Origin: a virus
Lineage: Duplodnaviria > Caudoviricetes
DNA: 39,324 bases
Virus record (IMG/VR): IMGVR_UViG_3300037784_000178
Coordinates: 1-39,324 of that record
Direction: 5' to 3' (one strand)
Every line of letters begins with the position of its first letter. Positions within the stretch are counted from its first letter, which is position 1. This document shows positions 7,808 to 16,165 of the stretch, piece after piece. The notes beneath the pieces were generated by a model. It saw only the letters and a list, made by a program, of their open reading frames with translations, was not told the origin of the DNA and made no database searches. The translations under genes were made by a program, and so were the position numbers.

Positions 7808-9018
7808 TGAAGATGATTACTGCCGACCGGCGGGCGTTCGCGCGCGCCCTCGACCTGGCGACGAGCGTTGCTGAAAAGCGGTCTACGGCGCCCATTCTCG
7901 AGACGGTGAACGTCATCGCCAACGGGGCTCTGCGCTTCGAGGCTACTGATCTTGATACCTTCGCGGCAGTGGAAATCGGATACGAGGGCAAGGCAATCAC
8001 TCCGTTTGCGCTGCGTGGGCCGCACAAGATCGCGAAGGCGATGCGTCATCTTGGCGGAGATAGTGTAACGCTGGGTGAGCCGGTGGATATCGGCACAGGC
8101 AGTCGCTCTAACCTTCGGGCAAGGATCGCCAGCGGCCAGTTCGACAGCACGATGGCCGTACTGCCCTCGGATGATTTCCCCATAATGGATTCGATCGGGC
8201 ATGAAGAATTCGCGGTCGATCTCGGCGCGGGCGAGCTGGCTGCGATCGCCCGGGTTTTCCCGGCCATCTCGACGGAGGATACCCGCTATTATCTGAACGG
8301 TGTTTGCGTCGACCGGGTCGCGGACTGGACCTACCGGTTCGTGGCAACGGACGGCCATCGTCTGATGATTGCCGATGTGCCTCTGCCGGGCGCGGAGGGC
8401 GTGATTCCTGATCGCACGATCATCCCGCGCCAGTTCATGCAGACAGTGATGAAGCATTTTGCCAAGTCGAAGGACGTGGTGCGTCTGACTTATGGTCGCC
8501 GGCTGCGCGACAACAAGCCGGATAGTGACCTCGCTCCCGAGCCGGTTGGTCTTCCGCTGGTGCGGGTCGACGGCAACGTCGGCCCGGCCCGACTTGTGCT
8601 GACCGGCAGGCTGATCGACGGCACCTATCCCGATTACACGCGGGTCATCCCGAAGGAATTCGCGCACACGCTGCGGGCATCGCGTGCGGAGCTGCTGCAG
8701 GCGATCAGGGGGCTTGTGCTGTTGGCTGACGGCAAGGTGCGCGCGCTCAAGCTCGAGGCGGTAACTGGCGGATTGCGGCTTTCGCTGCATTCAGTCGACC
8801 TCGGCGATGCGTCGTTTGTGGTCCCGGCCGAACATCGCCTGCCGCCCGAGACGCTGATCTGCGGGTTTAACGGGCAATACCTGCTCGACTGTCTCCTGTC
8901 GCTGCGCGGTGAGGAGGTCCAGTTCGATCTCGACGCGCAGCACGTTTATGCGCCTGCCGTCATCCACGATCCGGCGGACACCGCGTTCCGCTGCGTCCTT
9001 ATGCCGATGCGGGTGTGA
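7807..9018 (+). CDS. dnaN: DNA polymerase III beta sliding clamp homologue (phage encoded)
   Basis: EKRSTAPIL, ATDLD, STEDTRYYLNGV, VATDGHRL, LIDGTYPDY.RVIP, GFNGQYLLD and C-terminal VLMPMRV. Confidence 0.92.
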   Translation: MKMITADRRAFARALDLATSVAEKRSTAPILETVNVIANGALRFEATDLDTFAAVEIGYEGKAITPFALRGPHKIAKAMRHLGGDSVTLGEPVDIGTGSRSNLRARIASGQFDSTMAVLPSDDFPIMDSIGHEEFAVDLGAGELAAIARVFPAISTEDTRYYLNGVCVDRVADWTYRFVATDGHRLMIADVPLPGAEGVIPDRTIIPRQFMQTVMKHFAKSKDVVRLTYGRRLRDNKPDSDLAPEPVGLPLVRVDGNVGPARLVLTGRLIDGTYPDYTRVIPKEFAHTLRASRAELLQAIRGLVLLADGKVRALKLEAVTGGLRLSLHSVDLGDASFVVPAEHRLPPETLICGFNGQYLLDCLLSLRGEEVQFDLDAQHVYAPAVIHDPADTAFRCVLMPMRV

Positions 9019-9020
9019 CG

Positions 9021-9413
9021 ATGGCGCAGGATCAAGCCTATCCCTGGGCGAGCAATCCGCGGCAGTTCGTCGCGGTCGCGATGCCGAATGGCGATGCGCG
9101 CTTCGGCGTGGCGGGGCCGCTGGTGTTCCTGTCTGAAAAGCGGGGGCCGGCCTCAAGTAGCGAAGCGGTAGGCCGCTCCGGGGGCACCGACAAGCTCAAG
9201 TACTTGAGTCGCGCCGAGGCGGAGCAGCTGCGCGATGAGCTCGACAGCGCGCTGCGGTCGTTCGGCATTGCGTCGGCGATGGCCGAGCACTTCGCCGATC
9301 GCGATCGGCCGTCGGCTGCGCGCGGTCCCTATCCTTTCCGCGATCATCGCACGCTGGCGGATTGTCCGCCGCGCAAGGAGGCTCCGGCGCTGGCCGGAGA
9401 TGATCGGCGCTGA
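9021..9413 (+). CDS. Hypothetical phage protein
   Basis: Coupled to its neighbours (possible GTG at 9015; TGATG at the end). Confidence 0.65.
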   Translation: MAQDQAYPWASNPRQFVAVAMPNGDARFGVAGPLVFLSEKRGPASSSEAVGRSGGTDKLKYLSRAEAEQLRDELDSALRSFGIASAMAEHFADRDRPSAARGPYPFRDHRTLADCPPRKEAPALAGDDRR

Positions 9414-10252
9414 TGGCCCGGCCCGCTACCAACCGCCTCAAGTGCAACCCGCCGCTCGGGCGGATGCCGGTGCTGCAATATCTGCGCCCATCCGAGATCG
9501 ACATCGATCCGGCCTATCAGCGCTCGATCGATGCGCCCGCCAGCCAGACGCTGATCCGCAAGATCGCGCAGCACTGGAACTGGGACCTGTGCCAACCGCT
9601 GGTGGTGGCCGCGCGCCCGACCGGCGCGTTGATGGTGATCGACGGGCAGCACCGCCTCGCCGCTGCCAAGTTGCGCGGCGATATCGACCAGCTGCCCTGC
9701 ACGATCGTGCATTACGAGAGCGCGGCCGACGAGGCGGCCAGCTTCGTGCACCTTAACCAGCAGCGCCGCCCGCTCACCAAGGTCGAGCTGTTCAAGGCAG
9801 CGGTCGCGAGCGCGGATCCCGAGGCGCGCGCAATCGTCAAGGCGATGGAGGCAGCGGGCCTGAGCATCGCGCCGCATACCAATTACACCGCATGGAAGCC
9901 GGGGATGGTTTCCAACATCGGCGGGATCGAGCGCGCCTGGCGCCAGCACGGTGTGGCTGCGACGAGCGCGGCGCTCAAGGTGCTGGGTTCGGCCTACCCG
10001 GGCGAGGTGCTGCGCTACGCCGGCTCGATCTTCCCGGGCATTGCCTCGATCTGCGCCGAGGACGGCGAGGACTGCGACCTGGTCCTGTTGCGGGAGATGG
10101 TCGCGGTGAATTCGCAGGTCGAATGGCGCAACGCCATCATGGCGGCCCGCTCGGCCGACCCGAATCTCAGCTTTTCCCGCGCCAGCGCGCAGGTGCTGGC
10201 CGATCACTGGGATGAATTCCTCGGCGAAGTGCTGTCCGAGGACGCGGCATGA
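9413..10252 (+). CDS. ParB/Srx-superfamily protein with DGQHR motif (DUF6551-like)
   Basis: DPAYQR, PLVV, VIDGQHRLAAA, EAASFVHLN motifs. Confidence 0.8.
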   Translation: MARPATNRLKCNPPLGRMPVLQYLRPSEIDIDPAYQRSIDAPASQTLIRKIAQHWNWDLCQPLVVAARPTGALMVIDGQHRLAAAKLRGDIDQLPCTIVHYESAADEAASFVHLNQQRRPLTKVELFKAAVASADPEARAIVKAMEAAGLSIAPHTNYTAWKPGMVSNIGGIERAWRQHGVAATSAALKVLGSAYPGEVLRYAGSIFPGIASICAEDGEDCDLVLLREMVAVNSQVEWRNAIMAARSADPNLSFSRASAQVLADHWDEFLGEVLSEDAA

Positions 10253-10992
10253 AGCCGGCGGCCTACATGCTTCGCCGTCACGGTTCGATCACCCCCGGTG
10301 GGCGCGGCGTGGTGCTGCGCGCGTTCGACCAGGCGGAGCGCGGCGGGCGCACGATTTTCCCCACGCGCGTGTTCGGTCCCGGCGAAGTCGCGCGGGTCAT
10401 CAAGTCCGGACACCAGAGCCGCAAGATCGGCGCCTTCGTGACCAAGGGGTTCGCGAAGGGCTGGCCGATCTACACCCTGACACTCGAGGAGCGCGCGACC
10501 TGCCCGCGCAGCTGCGGCGAGTGGCTCAGCTGCTACGGCAACAACATGCAGGCGGCAGAGCGGATCGAGGCGGGCCCGCCGCTTGAAAAGGCGATCTGCG
10601 CCGAGGTTATGTCGCTGGCCAAGGCTCATCCGGCCGGGTTTCTGGTGCGGCTCCATGTTCTCGGAGATTTCTACTCGCCCGAGTATGTGCACCTCTGGGG
10701 CTTGTTGTTGGCGGCGCATGACGCGCTGCATCTGTTTGGCTTCACCGCGCACGCGCCCGACAGCGCGATCGGTCGCGCGGTGGCAGAGCTCGCTGCGGAT
10801 TTCGGTTGGCGGCGGGCAGCAATCCGGTTTTCGGGGCAGCCGCACGAGCTGCGCGCCTCTCAGGTGATCGATGCGGGCGAGAGCGCCGGGGAATCCGTGG
10901 CCTGCCCTGCCCAGACCGGCGGCACCGACTGCTGTGGCACCTGCGCGCTGTGCTGGCAGTCCGAACGCTCGATCGCGTTCCGGAGGCACTGA
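10249..10992 (+). CDS. Cys-rich GP88-like phage protein (putative Fe-S / radical-SAM-like)
   Basis: TCPRSC-x5-CYG, VRLHVLGDF, C-terminal CPAQ-x5-CCGTCALCW; ATGA overlap with the upstream gene. Confidence 0.7.
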   Translation: MKPAAYMLRRHGSITPGGRGVVLRAFDQAERGGRTIFPTRVFGPGEVARVIKSGHQSRKIGAFVTKGFAKGWPIYTLTLEERATCPRSCGEWLSCYGNNMQAAERIEAGPPLEKAICAEVMSLAKAHPAGFLVRLHVLGDFYSPEYVHLWGLLLAAHDALHLFGFTAHAPDSAIGRAVAELAADFGWRRAAIRFSGQPHELRASQVIDAGESAGESVACPAQTGGTDCCGTCALCWQSERSIAFRRH

Positions 10993-11537
10993 TGGCGCGT
11001 TGCGTAACTCTCGGGCATTGGCAGCCATCCAGCCAGATGCTGGCATTCCGGCGTAGATGCGCCGATACCTTCGGGGTGACCGAAGCGGACCTGATCGGTC
11101 GCCGGCGCGTCCGAGTGATCACCCATGCGCGGCAGGCCAGCGCCTACGCGATCCGCCTGCGCTTCGGGATCTCGACCCCCTGCGTCGCCTTTCTGCTGGG
11201 CGGGCTGTGTCATACGACGGTGGTCTATGCGTGCCAGCAGGTCGAGTGGCGAATGCAGCGCGACGCGGCGCTGGCAGAGCGGATCGCCGCGCTGATCGAT
11301 GGCCGCGACCCGCTGGGGCACGACGCGCACGTCCAAGCCTGGCGCGCCATGCTGGCGCAACGGTTCGCGCCCGTGCGCCGCGTGCCGGAGAGCGCTGTCG
11401 GAGAACACAGCGAGGACGATATTGCCGCCTTGGTCGATCCCGGAAAGTTGTGGTGCGACCAGTGCGACGCGAGCGTGCCTTTCGCGGCCGCTGCCCGCTG
11501 CCGAAGGCCGTTCTGCGGGATCCGGAGGGCGGCGTGA
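10992..11537 (+). CDS. DnaA domain IV-like HTH protein with C-terminal Cys cluster
   Basis: FGVTEADLIGRRR...HARQ..AY...GGLCHTTVVYA matches the DnaA C-terminal signature; WCDQC...C...FC tail. Confidence 0.8.
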   Translation: MARCVTLGHWQPSSQMLAFRRRCADTFGVTEADLIGRRRVRVITHARQASAYAIRLRFGISTPCVAFLLGGLCHTTVVYACQQVEWRMQRDAALAERIAALIDGRDPLGHDAHVQAWRAMLAQRFAPVRRVPESAVGEHSEDDIAALVDPGKLWCDQCDASVPFAAAARCRRPFCGIRRAA

Positions 11538-11598
11538 CACCAGCTAAGGCGGCGGCTGTCGTAAGTTTCTTGCAAGATCGGGATGGGTGGGGTTTCAG

Positions 11599-13374
11599 TT
11601 GATTTCTCAGGCTTTCATTGACGAGGTCCAATCTCGCGCGACTATGTCGACGCTGGTTTCGGCGCGGGTCAAGCTGACGCGCAACGGGCGCGAGTGGAAG
11701 GCGTGTTGTCCGGTCCATTCCGAGAAGACGCCCAGCTTTACCGTGAACGACGAGAAGGGCTTCGCGCACTGCTTCGGCTGCGGGTTCCATGCCGGCCCCA
11801 TCCGCTGGCTGACCGAGATCGAGGGGATGGAGTTTCTCGACGCGGTGCGCCAGCTGGCCGACCAGGCGGGCATGGCGATGCCAGAGCGCAGCCCTGCCGC
11901 GCAGGCAAGGGCGGCGCGGGTGGCAGGGGTGCGCCCGACGCTCGAGGCGGCGCGCCTTGTGTTCATGGAGCAGTTGGGCCGCGTCGGATCGGTGCGGGAC
12001 TATCTCGCCAAGCGCGGGGTCTCGCGCGAGTTGGCCGAGACCTTCCAGATCGGCTTGACCCCCGAGGGTTCCAGCTGGCTGGATCGCGCCGGCATTTCGG
12101 AACAGGATGCCCTCGCGGCGGGCCTGATGTGGGAGGCTGATGGCCCGCCGTCGGACAGGGGAGCGGCAGGGCATAAAAGACGCGGGCTTCGCTTCCGGCA
12201 GCGGATCATGGTGCCGGTGCATGATGCGCGTGGCCGGATCGTCGGTTTCGGCGGGCGCGTCGCGCCGGGTGGACCCGCGACGGCGGCCAAGTACATCAAT
12301 TCGCCGGAATCGGAGATCTTCGACAAGGGGCGGCTGTTGTTCAACTTGCACCGTGCCGCCCCCGCCATCCGGGCGAGCAAGCGCGCGGTGGTGGTCGAAG
12401 GCTATTTCGATGTGATCGCGCTGGCGGGTGCGGGCATTGCGGAAGCAGTCGCGCCGATGGGGACCGCGCTAACCGAAGCGCAGCTCGCACGCCTTTGGCA
12501 GCTGGTGCGCGCCCCGGTGCTGATGTTCGACGGGGACGCAGCCGGTCGCAAGGCAGCGCGGCGCGCGTGCGAGCGGGCACTTCCGGGGCTTGCACCCGAC
12601 TGCACGCTCAAGGTCGCGCTTTTGCCACACGGGCAGGATCCGGACGATCTGGTGCGCGCTGAGGGTGCGCGCGGCGCGGAAGCTGTCCTGTCGGAGGCCC
12701 TGGGGCTCGACGCGTTCCTGTTCGCCGATGTTGCGGGTGATATCGGCCCCGATGCCGCGCCCGAGGATCGCGCGGCGGTGTGGGATGAACTTGCCGATCT
12801 GGCCGGTCAGATCGGACACGAGGATCTGCGCGCCGAATATCTGGCGGCGTGGCGGTCGCGTTACGACAGGCTGGTGTCGGGGGTCGAGCGGGCTGGGCGC
12901 GGTACGGCACTCCATACGCTTTCCGAAGCGCAGTCATCCTGCAGCGAGGTCACCGGCGATACCTACCACTGGCCGGAAAGCGAGGACGAGAGCGAGAAGC
13001 GCCTGATTGCAGTGGTGCGGCGGTTGCTTGCCCTGCGGGCTGATGAGCGCGCGGCGCTGGAGCCGATCCGCGAGGAGCGCAAGTTTGTGCGCGAGCTGGC
13101 GAAGATGTCGGGTTTGCGCCTACCGCAGATCGATGCCGTGGTGAAGATGATAGAGGCCGATCTGGCGGAGGGTTCCAGCGCGGGACGGCATGACGCCGAG
13201 AGCGTGCTGGTGCTGTACCGGCGCGTACTGGCGATCGAGGGACCGCTGACCGAGGCCCTGCTTCCCGTGGTGGTGGATGCGAGCCGATCTGGCGCACAGA
13301 AGGCCCTGCCCGCGCCTGCCGCACCACCGCGCGCTGCAAGTGCGCTTGCCTGGCATGATGCGGGGACGCACTGA
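11599..13374 (+). CDS. dnaG: DnaG-type primase (CHC2 zinc finger, TOPRIM) with GapR-like C-terminal domain
   Basis: CPVHSEKTPSF..HCFGCG, FRQRIMVP, GFGGR, KYINSPE, VEGYFDV, FDGDAAG, DPDD; TTG start (alternative GTG at 11587). Confidence 0.93.
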   Translation: MISQAFIDEVQSRATMSTLVSARVKLTRNGREWKACCPVHSEKTPSFTVNDEKGFAHCFGCGFHAGPIRWLTEIEGMEFLDAVRQLADQAGMAMPERSPAAQARAARVAGVRPTLEAARLVFMEQLGRVGSVRDYLAKRGVSRELAETFQIGLTPEGSSWLDRAGISEQDALAAGLMWEADGPPSDRGAAGHKRRGLRFRQRIMVPVHDARGRIVGFGGRVAPGGPATAAKYINSPESEIFDKGRLLFNLHRAAPAIRASKRAVVVEGYFDVIALAGAGIAEAVAPMGTALTEAQLARLWQLVRAPVLMFDGDAAGRKAARRACERALPGLAPDCTLKVALLPHGQDPDDLVRAEGARGAEAVLSEALGLDAFLFADVAGDIGPDAAPEDRAAVWDELADLAGQIGHEDLRAEYLAAWRSRYDRLVSGVERAGRGTALHTLSEAQSSCSEVTGDTYHWPESEDESEKRLIAVVRRLLALRADERAALEPIREERKFVRELAKMSGLRLPQIDAVVKMIEADLAEGSSAGRHDAESVLVLYRRVLAIEGPLTEALLPVVVDASRSGAQKALPAPAAPPRAASALAWHDAGTH

Positions 13375-15194
13375 TGGCCAGCGCTTCGGACGATCAGGCG
13401 GCCGGCGGCCAGCCCCCGCACCCCCGCGGTGAAGACTCGGAGAATGCTCCGAACGGAACGGGCGGCGGTGTTGACCCATCGGGAGGGCGAGGGGGAAAGG
13501 TGGTGGCCTTGCGCCCTCAGGCCGATGCCGATCTTGATCGGGTGTGCGCTCGCTTTCCGATGACTGATCTGGGTAATGCCGAGCGCTTCGTGCACCGTTA
13601 CGGCAACGACTTCCGGTTCTGCGCCGAGCTGGGCTGGTTCCGCTGGGACGGGCGGCGCTGGATGTTGCTGGGCGAGGAGCCGCGCGCCCTGCCGCCTGAG
13701 GTGATGCAGGCGCTGTTCGCCACCATGCGCGCGATCAAGAACGAGGCTCAGCTGGTGCGCGCATCGGGCGTGCGGCCGGAGCCCTCCCCCTATCTCTCGC
13801 CCGAGGACCTCGCCCAGTTCGAGCGCGAGCACGCGTCGAAAATGGATTTCGTAGTCGACATGAAGCGCAACGTGCCGGTGATGTATTCGGACAAGCTGGC
13901 CGAGTGGGCGCGGTCCTCCGAGGCCGCGGGGAAGATTGCGGCGGCCGGCGCCCTCGCCAAGTCGATGACCGCGCTGGTCGCCAAGGTCGAGGATTTCGAC
14001 CGGGAGCGGATGGCGATCAACGTCCTGAACGGCACGCTCCGTCTGGAGCAGGTTCGGCGCAAGCGCGATCCGCAAGAGGTCGCCGCCGGCAAGAGCCAGT
14101 GGCACATGGTCTGGGCGATCGTCCGTTACGATCACGCCCGCGAGGACTTCATCACCAAGCTCGCCGATGTCGAGTATCGACCGAACGCCAAGGCGCCCAC
14201 CTATGAAGCCTTTCTCGCAACGGTGCAGCCGAAACCCGAGATGCGGCGCTTCCTAGCCCAGTGGGGCGGGCTGTGCATGACGGGCTTCACCGGCGAACAG
14301 AAGCTCGCCTTCTTCTATGGCGGAGGCAGCAACGGCAAGGGCACGTGGGTCGAGACGATCGCGCGGATCGCGGGCGATTATGCCGGCACGATCAAGATCC
14401 AGTCGCTGCTCGACCAGGGCAAGAAGAGCGGGGATCAGGCCACCCCGGCGATCGCCAAGCTGCCCGGCGTGCGCTTCCTGCGCGTGTCCGAGCCGAGCAA
14501 GGGCGCGGTGCTGGACGAAGGTCTCGTCAAGGAGTTGACCGGCGAAGACCCGGTCGACGCGCGGCATCTCAACAAGAGCTTCTTCACGTTCTTCCCCGAG
14601 TTCAAGATCACCATCTCCGGCAACAACAAGCCGGTGATCAAGGACACCAGCGACGGGATCTGGCGGCGGATGCAGCTGGTGCCCTGGGAGGCCGATATCC
14701 CAGCCAGCCAGCGCGACAAGGCGTTGAAGGACAAGCTGCTCGCCGAGCGTAGCGGTATCTTCGCGTGGCTCATGCGGGGCTTGCTGGACTGGAGGAAGCA
14801 CGGCCTGATCGAGCCGGAGGACGTGCGGCTCGCTACCAGCGAGTATCGTGATGACAGCGATACCATTGGACGCTTTCTGCGGCAGACCTGCGAGGTAGGC
14901 GAGGACACGCGCGCACGGCCGCTCAGGGTGCGCAAGGGCGACCTGTTCGAGCTCTACCAAGCTTGGTGCCATCAGACAGGATCATACGAGATGGCTGAGC
15001 GTGCTTTCTCGAAGGAGATGAGCGCCAAGCGGTTTAAGGACAAGCACAGCAACGGGGCGTGGTGGATCGGCGTACAGCCGACCGTCGATCTCGATGCCAT
15101 CAAACAGGGTTACTGGACCGCTGCCGACGAGCCGCGGACCGCCGATGCGCCCGTTGGCGATGTGCCCGAAGTTGATCTGGATGGGTGGGGATGA
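13374..15194 (+). CDS. P4/D5-family SF3 helicase
   Basis: TDLGNAERF (D5_N), Walker A GGGSNGKGT, VKELTGED..ARHL, GIWRRM, C-terminal winged helix. Confidence 0.92.
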   Translation: MASASDDQAAGGQPPHPRGEDSENAPNGTGGGVDPSGGRGGKVVALRPQADADLDRVCARFPMTDLGNAERFVHRYGNDFRFCAELGWFRWDGRRWMLLGEEPRALPPEVMQALFATMRAIKNEAQLVRASGVRPEPSPYLSPEDLAQFEREHASKMDFVVDMKRNVPVMYSDKLAEWARSSEAAGKIAAAGALAKSMTALVAKVEDFDRERMAINVLNGTLRLEQVRRKRDPQEVAAGKSQWHMVWAIVRYDHAREDFITKLADVEYRPNAKAPTYEAFLATVQPKPEMRRFLAQWGGLCMTGFTGEQKLAFFYGGGSNGKGTWVETIARIAGDYAGTIKIQSLLDQGKKSGDQATPAIAKLPGVRFLRVSEPSKGAVLDEGLVKELTGEDPVDARHLNKSFFTFFPEFKITISGNNKPVIKDTSDGIWRRMQLVPWEADIPASQRDKALKDKLLAERSGIFAWLMRGLLDWRKHGLIEPEDVRLATSEYRDDSDTIGRFLRQTCEVGEDTRARPLRVRKGDLFELYQAWCHQTGSYEMAERAFSKEMSAKRFKDKHSNGAWWIGVQPTVDLDAIKQGYWTAADEPRTADAPVGDVPEVDLDGWG

Positions 15195-15215
15195 TGCCGT
15201 GAACAGACCCTGCCT

Positions 15216-15470
15216 GCCTCCATTGGAGGCGCAAATGGAGCAATCACCAGAGGTATTCGGAGCCGTTTTTCGGCGGATTTCCGCGCGTCTGGAGGAATGG
15301 AGGCAAACTTGCAGCCCCCTCATGTGTGCGGGCGCGGGTGCGCGGGGTGAGTGTGTTTTATGCTCCATTCCTCCATTTGCTCCATCAAGAGTAGAAGTGG
15401 TGGCGCTAAGATAATGAAATTGCGAAGCTTTGCTGGAATTTCGGAAGTGGAGCAAAGCGGTATGATGGAG
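15216..15470. repeat. Cluster of ten TGGAG/CTCCA direct and inverted repeats; candidate replication origin
   Basis: TGGAG at 15224, 15236, 15290, 15298, 15448, 15466; CTCCA at 15218, 15363, 15371, 15380; lower GC; directly after the helicase gene. Confidence 0.6.
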
Positions 15471-15487
15471 GATTTGGTGTGGCGCTG

Positions 15488-15976
15488 ATGGATATCGATG
15501 CGGTCGACTGGTGGACGTTCGACCTGGTGCGGGAGGCGCTCGTCGAGGCGACCGTGCTTTGGCGACGCTCTCCGGGTGAAGGGCGCTGGCCATTCGCCTC
15601 TGACGGACCGTGGCACCTGATGAGCCGCGACGTGCAGGCGGGCGACTATGACGCGCGCGGCGGGTTCGACAGCTCGAGCGACGTCGCCGTTCGTCCGCTG
15701 CCTCTGTCTCGCGAGGAAGTCGACCGGCGCGATGCGGTCAGCGAATGGATGATGATGGTGCCGGCTGCGGCAGACCGACGGCTGTTGGCGGTGTGCTTGG
15801 AGTTCCATGCCCGCGGCTACACCCAGCTTCCATGGGCCAAGATCATGCGGTGGATGGGCGTGCGTAGGGGCAAGGATGGCCTGCAGAAGCGATATCGCGC
15901 AGCGCTCCGTGCCATCGCGGAGGGCCTCAACGCCGCAGAATTCTGCGAGAGGAATGTGTCAAGGGGGGGAATGTGA
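15488..15976 (+). CDS. Putative late-transcription regulator with C-terminal HTH
   Basis: Last gene before the packaging module; WTFDLVREALVEA N-terminus and PWAKI...LQKRYRAALRAIA C-terminus. Confidence 0.6.
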   Translation: MDIDAVDWWTFDLVREALVEATVLWRRSPGEGRWPFASDGPWHLMSRDVQAGDYDARGGFDSSSDVAVRPLPLSREEVDRRDAVSEWMMMVPAAADRRLLAVCLEFHARGYTQLPWAKIMRWMGVRRGKDGLQKRYRAALRAIAEGLNAAEFCERNVSRGGM

Positions 15977-16063
15977 GGGCGATAGCAAAAGCTCAGTCGC
16001 TGGTTGGGGGCAAAAGCGCTATGCCTGACGGCACGCTGGGCGCTGGCGTTCGGGCGGCGGTTT

Positions 16064-16107
16064 GGGTCCTTCCTGGCCTCGCGCCCTATACGGGGGCCGA
16101 AGGCGCG
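16064..16107 (+). other. Lambda-like cos site (cosQ and cosN-like)
   Basis: GGGTCCT (identical to lambda cosQ) followed 22 nt later by TACG/GGGGCCGAAGG/CGCG, just upstream of terS. Confidence 0.65.
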
Positions 16108-16165
16108 GCTCGTGCGAGAGTTCCGGATTTTTTCGGGACGCTCGCTTGTTGTTTCGGTTTCGCCC

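Noticed and set aside
11534-11602. 22-aa ORF linking the DnaA-like gene and the primase
   Set aside because: Coupled at both ends but too short to call; may only be a spacer
15094-15593. ORFs spanning the gap between helicase and late regulator
   Set aside because: They overlap real genes, and the region is better explained as a non-coding repeat array; a short coding ORF cannot be fully excluded
15985-16017. GCAAAAGC direct repeat upstream of cos as a late-activator site
   Set aside because: Only two 8-mers; could be chance
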